Shown here piece by piece: positions 59,792-64,000 of a stretch of 64,000 nucleotides of DNA (within the stretch, counting starts at the first letter, position 1; every line of letters begins with the position of its first letter). The stretch is from Nitrospirota bacterium. GTDB lineage: Bacteria; Nitrospirota; Nitrospiria; 2-01-FULL-66-17. Below the pieces are notes generated by a model. That model was not told the origin of the DNA and made no database searches. It saw only the letters and a list, made by a program, of their open reading frames with translations. The stretch is taken from NCBI GenBank assembly GCA_049325335.1, contig JBMOMC010000001.1, positions 500,193 to 564,192 on the forward strand. The letters are read 5' to 3'. A program made the translations under genes and the position numbers.

Positions 59792-60316
59792 TTACGGAAA
59801 CAACTTCTCGATCACACTCATAGGCAGGAACAGCCTGGCCGGCTGATCCGCAAAGGGGATGAACTCGTAGCGCCTGTAAAACGCCATCGCCCGCTCATCT
59901 TTCGCATCGACGATAACGGCGAGCGAGGCAACTTGGCGCGAAGCCTGCATACTGCGGTGCAGGGCGTCCATCAGGAGATATTCTCCGGCGCCGTGCCCCT
60001 GAACCCGTCGGTCGATCGCAAGGCGCCCCAGCAGCGTGGCCGGGACGACCGGGTACCTGGGGAGTTTCTTCGCCACAGTCTCCGGCCACTCGCCGATATC
60101 CACGCTGATGGCCGACAGCGTGTAATAGCCGAGCACCGTGTTTTTCTCGCCTTCACACAGCACAAACGGCGCGGCAACACGTTTGCGGGCGTCCTGCCCG
60201 GCCTGGGCCCGCAGGTAGTGATCGAGCGGCTCGTTGCCGCAGGAAAACTCTGACCGGTTGTGCTGTGGGCCGAGCGCCTCAACCCGGTACGGCCTCTCGC
60301 CTGTTTCCCCTGACAA
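59792..60316 (-). CDS. GNAT acetyltransferase toxin (AtaT/TacT-like)
   Basis: 'FSCGNEPLDHYL', 'LLGRLAID...GHGAG', 'VDAKDERAMAFY'. Confidence 0.92.
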   Translation of the reverse strand: MSGETGERPYRVEALGPQHNRSEFSCGNEPLDHYLRAQAGQDARKRVAAPFVLCEGEKNTVLGYYTLSAISVDIGEWPETVAKKLPRYPVVPATLLGRLAIDRRVQGHGAGEYLLMDALHRSMQASRQVASLAVIVDAKDERAMAFYRRYEFIPFADQPARLFLPMSVIEKLFP

Positions 60317-60622
60317 TTAGTCAAGCCCCGCACGGTCTTTGTAGCGCTTCGCAGCCTGCCGGAGTGCCTTGCCGGGGGCGGCAGGCTGGAGCAGCGCCGA
60401 CACAAAATCCTTGCGGTCACGCTCGCTCAGCGTCAGCACGTCATGCGCGCGCAAGGCCTTCTCCGCGGCTTCCTGCACGCTCGCAACCAGAAAATCCGTC
60501 AGCGACCGGCCCTGAAGGGACGCCGCACGCAAAAAGAGCGTCTTCTGCGCCTTGCTGACCCGCGCCTCCAGTCGTTCCGACCGAGAAGTCTTCCCCGGTT
60601 TATCCATGTCTTTCGTGATCAT
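60317..60622 (-). CDS. DUF1778 RHH antitoxin
   Basis: 'ERLEARVS...RAASLQGRSLTDFL...LSERD..FVSAL'; GGAG RBS. Confidence 0.92.
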   Translation of the reverse strand: MITKDMDKPGKTSRSERLEARVSKAQKTLFLRAASLQGRSLTDFLVASVQEAAEKALRAHDVLTLSERDRKDFVSALLQPAAPGKALRQAAKRYKDRAGLD

Positions 60623-60646
60623 GGTGGTCTCCTGTTCCCACTGTTT

Positions 60647-60675
60647 ACTGTACGGCAATGTGCCGTACATGTCAA
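60647..60675 (-). promoter_or_regulatory. TA promoter TTGACA-N17-TACAGT with 9-bp perfect inverted-repeat operator
   Basis: TGTACGGCA-ATG-TGCCGTACA at 60649-60669 fills the spacer and overlaps -10. Confidence 0.8.
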
Positions 60676-61014
60676 GCTGGGTACCAAGGCGGACACCCCT
60701 CTGGACGAGAGGGCCGGGGTCAAGGAGCATGGCGTTTGACCCCGTGTCAATCGCCATGCCTGTCTGCCGCCGTCCGTCTCTTATCCGAAAGCCGCTGTTT
60801 GACCGTGATCGTCTGAGAACACAAAGGTGTTCGGGTCATCAACCCGAAGGTCATTCTCGAAAATGGTGTGCTGAAAACGTGCTGAAGTTCGGCCGAATTG
60901 ATCGACACAATCGGAATAAACGGGAACAGATCGAATCCCACAACTCATTGATTTGAAGCCTTAATCGGGAAACCAGGCCACATATCCATGAGGTGTATAG
61001 TTTGGCCTAAACGC

Positions 61015-61060
61015 GCTCATAACCCGAAGGTCGTCGGTTCAAATCCGGCCCCCGCAACCA
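61015..61060 (+). repeat. att core, distal copy (displaced original tRNA 3' end including CCA)
   Basis: 44-bp identity to 34698-34741, followed by CA completing ...AACCA. Confidence 0.95.
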
Positions 61061-61125
61061 ACTTCTCCCCTCATCAATCCCGAAACAGCACCGACTCGCT
61101 GCGAACCCGCGGGCTCGCGCCTATC

Positions 61126-61310
61126 TTAGGCGGCTCGTTTGAGCGTCCCGACGAAGGCTTCAACCACGGTGGGATCGAACTGGGTGCAGGAGGCCGGCCA
61201 TGCGCAGGTGTCGTTTCTCCTGTTCGTCCAGATTGAGCGCATCGGCGAGTTGGGCGGCGTAGCGCACCACCCGCTCGGACTGCCCGCGCGTATACGGACT
61301 TTTGGCGCGG
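61126..61310 (-). pseudogene. Internally deleted HD-GYP phosphodiesterase
   Basis: AKSPYTRGQSERV...AGLLH joined out of frame to TQFDPTVVEAFV...*. Confidence 0.75.
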
Positions 61311-61382
61311 AACCGGGAGTTACGCGCGGAGGAGGTTTCCGGATCCCGTGTGCAATGCGGATCCAGTACGCGTTGGGGCGGG

Positions 61383-61853
61383 TTATGGTTCGTGGGCCCC
61401 GGAAAACCCGTTCTGCCGCCAGGCTTCAAACACCACCACGGCCACGGCATTCGAGAGGTTCATGCTGCGATTGTTGGGCATCATGGGAATCCGCAGCAAA
61501 CAGTCGGGCGCGAGGGTTCGGCGGATCGCGGGGGGCAGACCGTGGGTTTCCGACCCGAACAACAACGCGTCGCCTGGGTGGAAGGCGGCGGCGTTGTAGG
61601 AGCGCCGGCCGTGCGTGGAACACGCGAACACGCGGGGCGGTTTCACCGTGGCCAGGAACTCCTCCCACGACGCGTGGAGGTGGAGCGCGGCGCGGTCGTG
61701 GTAGTCCAGGCCCGCGCGCCGCAACCGCGCGTCGTCCAACCGAAAACCGAGCGGTTCGATTAAATGCAGCGCTGCGCCGGTGTTGGCGCTCAAGCGGATG
61801 ATGTTGCCGGTATTGGAATGAATTTCGGGCTGGTGCAAGACGATGCGGAACAT
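61383..61853 (-). CDS. trmL: tRNA (cytidine/uridine-34 2'-O)-methyltransferase
   Basis: 'QPEI..NTGNIIR', 'LRRAGLDY', 'FGSETHGL', 'RSMNLSN'. Confidence 0.95.
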   Translation of the reverse strand: MFRIVLHQPEIHSNTGNIIRLSANTGAALHLIEPLGFRLDDARLRRAGLDYHDRAALHLHASWEEFLATVKPPRVFACSTHGRRSYNAAAFHPGDALLFGSETHGLPPAIRRTLAPDCLLRIPMMPNNRSMNLSNAVAVVVFEAWRQNGFSGAHEP

Positions 61854-62036
61854 GGTATGTCCATCCATGCGAACAATCGGGCCCGCATTGTACCGTGTGC
61901 CCCCGCTGTTTGCCCACGGTCGCATGGCATGGTCGAATAGACCGAAATTCCTGTAAGATCAGCGGCGGCTCGGCATACGATCCCCTCACCAATCGGAGTA
62001 CACGATGATCGCCCTGGGTTCCCGGATACCCGCCCC

Positions 62037-63101
62037 ATGAAAGGCTTCACCCCTCGTCGAAGCCGCAAGGCCGGCCTGCCGCCGGGCAGTGTCGTGCATA
62101 TCGGCACGCCGTCGTCGCGTCCAGCACGCATCCAGACCCTGCGTTACGGCCCCGACCGTCTGGTCGAGGAACCGACCGCCACGCTCGACCAAGCGCTCGC
62201 CTGCCGCGAGGAACCCGGTGTGGCTTGGATCAACGTGGACGGCGTGCAGGACGTGGAGATGCTCAAGCAACTCGGCGAAGGGTATGGACTGCATCCCTTG
62301 GTGATCGAGGACATCGCCAACACCGAGCAGCGGCCCAAGCTGGAAGATCACGGCGACCACCTCTTTATCGTGCTCAAGATCCTGTCGCCAGATAACGGCC
62401 GCGTACGGACCGAGCAGGTCAGCATGATCATCACCCGCAACCGCGTCATCACCCTCCAAGAACAGGACAAGCCGGGCGACTGCCTGGATCCGTTGCGCGC
62501 GCGCCTACGCGCCGACGCCTCGCGGTTGCGCGCCGCGGGGTCCGACTTTCTCGCCTACGGAATTTTGGACGCCGTGGTGGACCACTACTTTGTCGTGCTC
62601 GAACACCTCGGCGACGCGGTCGAGCGCAGCGAAGAGGCCGCCACGCTCGACCCCACCGCGCGCGGAGCCCGAACGATTCACGAGCTGCGCCGCGAGTTGC
62701 TGGTGATGCGCCGCGCGGCATGGCCGCTGCGAGATCTCGTCGCCCAGTTGTTACGGCGCGAATCCCCGCTCATCGCCGAAAAAACCGCGGTGTACCTACG
62801 CGACGTCCACGACCACTTGGTGCAAGTGATCGACACCATCGAGACCTTGCGCGATTTGTTATCCAGCCTGTTGGAGGTGGAGCTCACTCGCGCCAGCCTG
62901 CGGATGAACGAGACCATGAAGGCGTTGACGCTGATCGCCACCGTATTTATACCGCTCACGTTTATCGTGGGCGTGTACGGCATGAACTTCGAGCACATGC
63001 CGGAACTGCGCTGGCGATGGGCCTATCCGTCTCTCTGGGCCATCATGATCGCGCTCGGCGTGGGCATGGTGGTGTGGTTTAAGCGCAAACGCTGGCTGTA
63101 A
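62037..63101 (+). CDS. corA: Magnesium/cobalt transporter CorA
   Basis: 'KAGLPPG', 'LHPLVIEDI...QRPK', YGMNF signature, MPEL. Confidence 0.96.
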   Translation: MKGFTPRRSRKAGLPPGSVVHIGTPSSRPARIQTLRYGPDRLVEEPTATLDQALACREEPGVAWINVDGVQDVEMLKQLGEGYGLHPLVIEDIANTEQRPKLEDHGDHLFIVLKILSPDNGRVRTEQVSMIITRNRVITLQEQDKPGDCLDPLRARLRADASRLRAAGSDFLAYGILDAVVDHYFVVLEHLGDAVERSEEAATLDPTARGARTIHELRRELLVMRRAAWPLRDLVAQLLRRESPLIAEKTAVYLRDVHDHLVQVIDTIETLRDLLSSLLEVELTRASLRMNETMKALTLIATVFIPLTFIVGVYGMNFEHMPELRWRWAYPSLWAIMIALGVGMVVWFKRKRWL

Positions 63102-63103
63102 CT

Positions 63104-63477
63104 TTGGACGACAACACCGCGGAGCACATCCGTCATACGGTGGACGCGGTCTACCGCGACGAATCGCGCCGCGTGCTCGCCACCTTGATCCGGCTGCTCG
63201 GAGATTTCGATCTCGCCGAAGAGTCGCTGCACGACGCGTTCAGGGCGGCGCTGGAGCAGTGGTCCCGCGACGGGGTGCCCGCCAATCCACGGGCGTGGCT
63301 GGTCTCGGCCGGTCGGTTCAAGGCCATCGACGGCATCCGCCGGCGCGGGCGGATCTGTGCCGGCGGCTGGGGCGAACCGCGGACGCGAGGGCGTCCTACG
63401 AACGGGCACTCGCTCTGACGCAACAGGAGCCGGAGCAACGCTTTCTCAAGCGACGGCTGGCCGAATTGCCGGGCTGA
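63104..63477 (+). pseudogene. Internally deleted ECF sigma factor with TPR-like tail (YciI-associated type)
   Basis: Region-2 'RRVLATLIRLLGDFDLAEE...WL' fused out of frame to C-terminal 'ARADLCRRLGR...FLKRRLAEL'. Confidence 0.8.
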
Positions 63478-63506
63478 ACCAGCCCACGCGATTTTTTTTC
63501 AGCCCA

Positions 63507-63533
63507 TGTCGATTTCGGCCTCCCCCGAACGAC
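63507..63533 (+). promoter_or_regulatory. Putative ECF-type promoter TGTCGA-N17-CGAC upstream of yciI
   Basis: Motif seen; assignment is by analogy to YciI-associated ECF promoters. Confidence 0.35.
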
Positions 63534-63583
63534 CAACGAGCGTAGAGCGCGATTCACGCGACCGATCAATCCGGGAGGAACCT

Positions 63584-63982
63584 ATGAAATACGTGTGCCT
63601 GGGATATATGGACCCGAACAAGTGGAAGAGTTTGTCGGAATCCGAGATCCATGCGTTTGTTGACGAGTGTTTGACCTACGACGACGTGCTCAGAACGAAC
63701 GGACACTTCGCGGGCGGAGACGCGCTCCAAGGCCCTGAAAGCGCCGTCACCCTGCGCTTTCAAGGCGGAAAGGTCGCGGGCACGGACGGCCCCTACGCGG
63801 AGACCAAGGAGCAATTGGGCGGCGTTCTGATTCTCGACGCCAAGGACCTCAACCACGCCATCCAATTGATGTCCAAGCACCCGGGGGTACGTGGCGGGCC
63901 TTTTGAAATCCGCCCGGCCGCAGACTTGACCGAGATGGTCCGTGAGAGCGAGAAGCGGCGGGCACGGTCCACGCGACCCTAG
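63584..63982 (+). CDS. YciI/DGPF-domain protein
   Basis: 'TDGPYAETKEQLGG', 'EIRP'; GGAGG RBS. Confidence 0.9.
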   Translation: MKYVCLGYMDPNKWKSLSESEIHAFVDECLTYDDVLRTNGHFAGGDALQGPESAVTLRFQGGKVAGTDGPYAETKEQLGGVLILDAKDLNHAIQLMSKHPGVRGGPFEIRPAADLTEMVRESEKRRARSTRP

Positions 63983-64000
63983 CCATTGCGACAAGGAGGC

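Larger units (their letters stand above)
34698..61058. mobile_element. Integrative genomic (defence) island in tRNA-fMet
   Basis: Exact 44-bp direct repeat at both ends; integrase and Xis at the left end; cargo partly lower in GC than the flanks. Confidence 0.93.

Noticed and set aside
34698..61058. Prophage or ICE
   Set aside because: No recognisable capsid, terminase, tail, relaxase or T4SS genes between the att sites
61015..61060. Second tRNA-Met gene
   Set aside because: Only the 3' portion is present; it is the att duplicate

Overview
GC-rich bacterial chromosome segment; gene content and a MITE-like repeat suggest Nitrospirota, but that is inference. (1) 144-14232, minus strand: two adjacent type IV filament operons, pilC-pilB-pilMNO-P-like followed by mshE-mshG-mshA and minor pilins plus a large Thr-rich secreted protein. 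No secretin lies in the window. (2) 14468-34521: mostly housekeeping genes on the minus strand (mazG, a papain-family peptidase/alpha-beta hydrolase fusion, an RND efflux trio, der, cstA, APH-like kinase, rpe, rsmB, fmt, def), interrupted by a plus-strand TetR/YciI/tag/NmrA cassette. (3) 34698-61058: a ~26.3 kb integrative island in the initiator tRNA-Met gene, bounded by an exact 44-bp direct repeat with IHF-consensus sites and arm-like repeats at both ends. It carries a tyrosine integrase and Xis, a 12-bp-periodic TTCATGAA array, and a RadC-UvrD-FeS PD-(D/E)XK nuclease-putative annealase operon. Its defence cargo is a Schlafen/AlbA protein, YgjP-like protease, type I R-M with an HsdS bearing an extra ~210 aa C-terminal domain, an HNH endonuclease, a SIR2-NTPase-TPR-cold-shock protein, an orphan XRE antitoxin and a GNAT/DUF1778 toxin-antitoxin pair. 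(4) 61126-64000: trmL, corA, yciI and two genes (HD-GYP, ECF sigma) each collapsed by a large internal deletion. All protein calls come from motif recognition by eye; no database searches were run.
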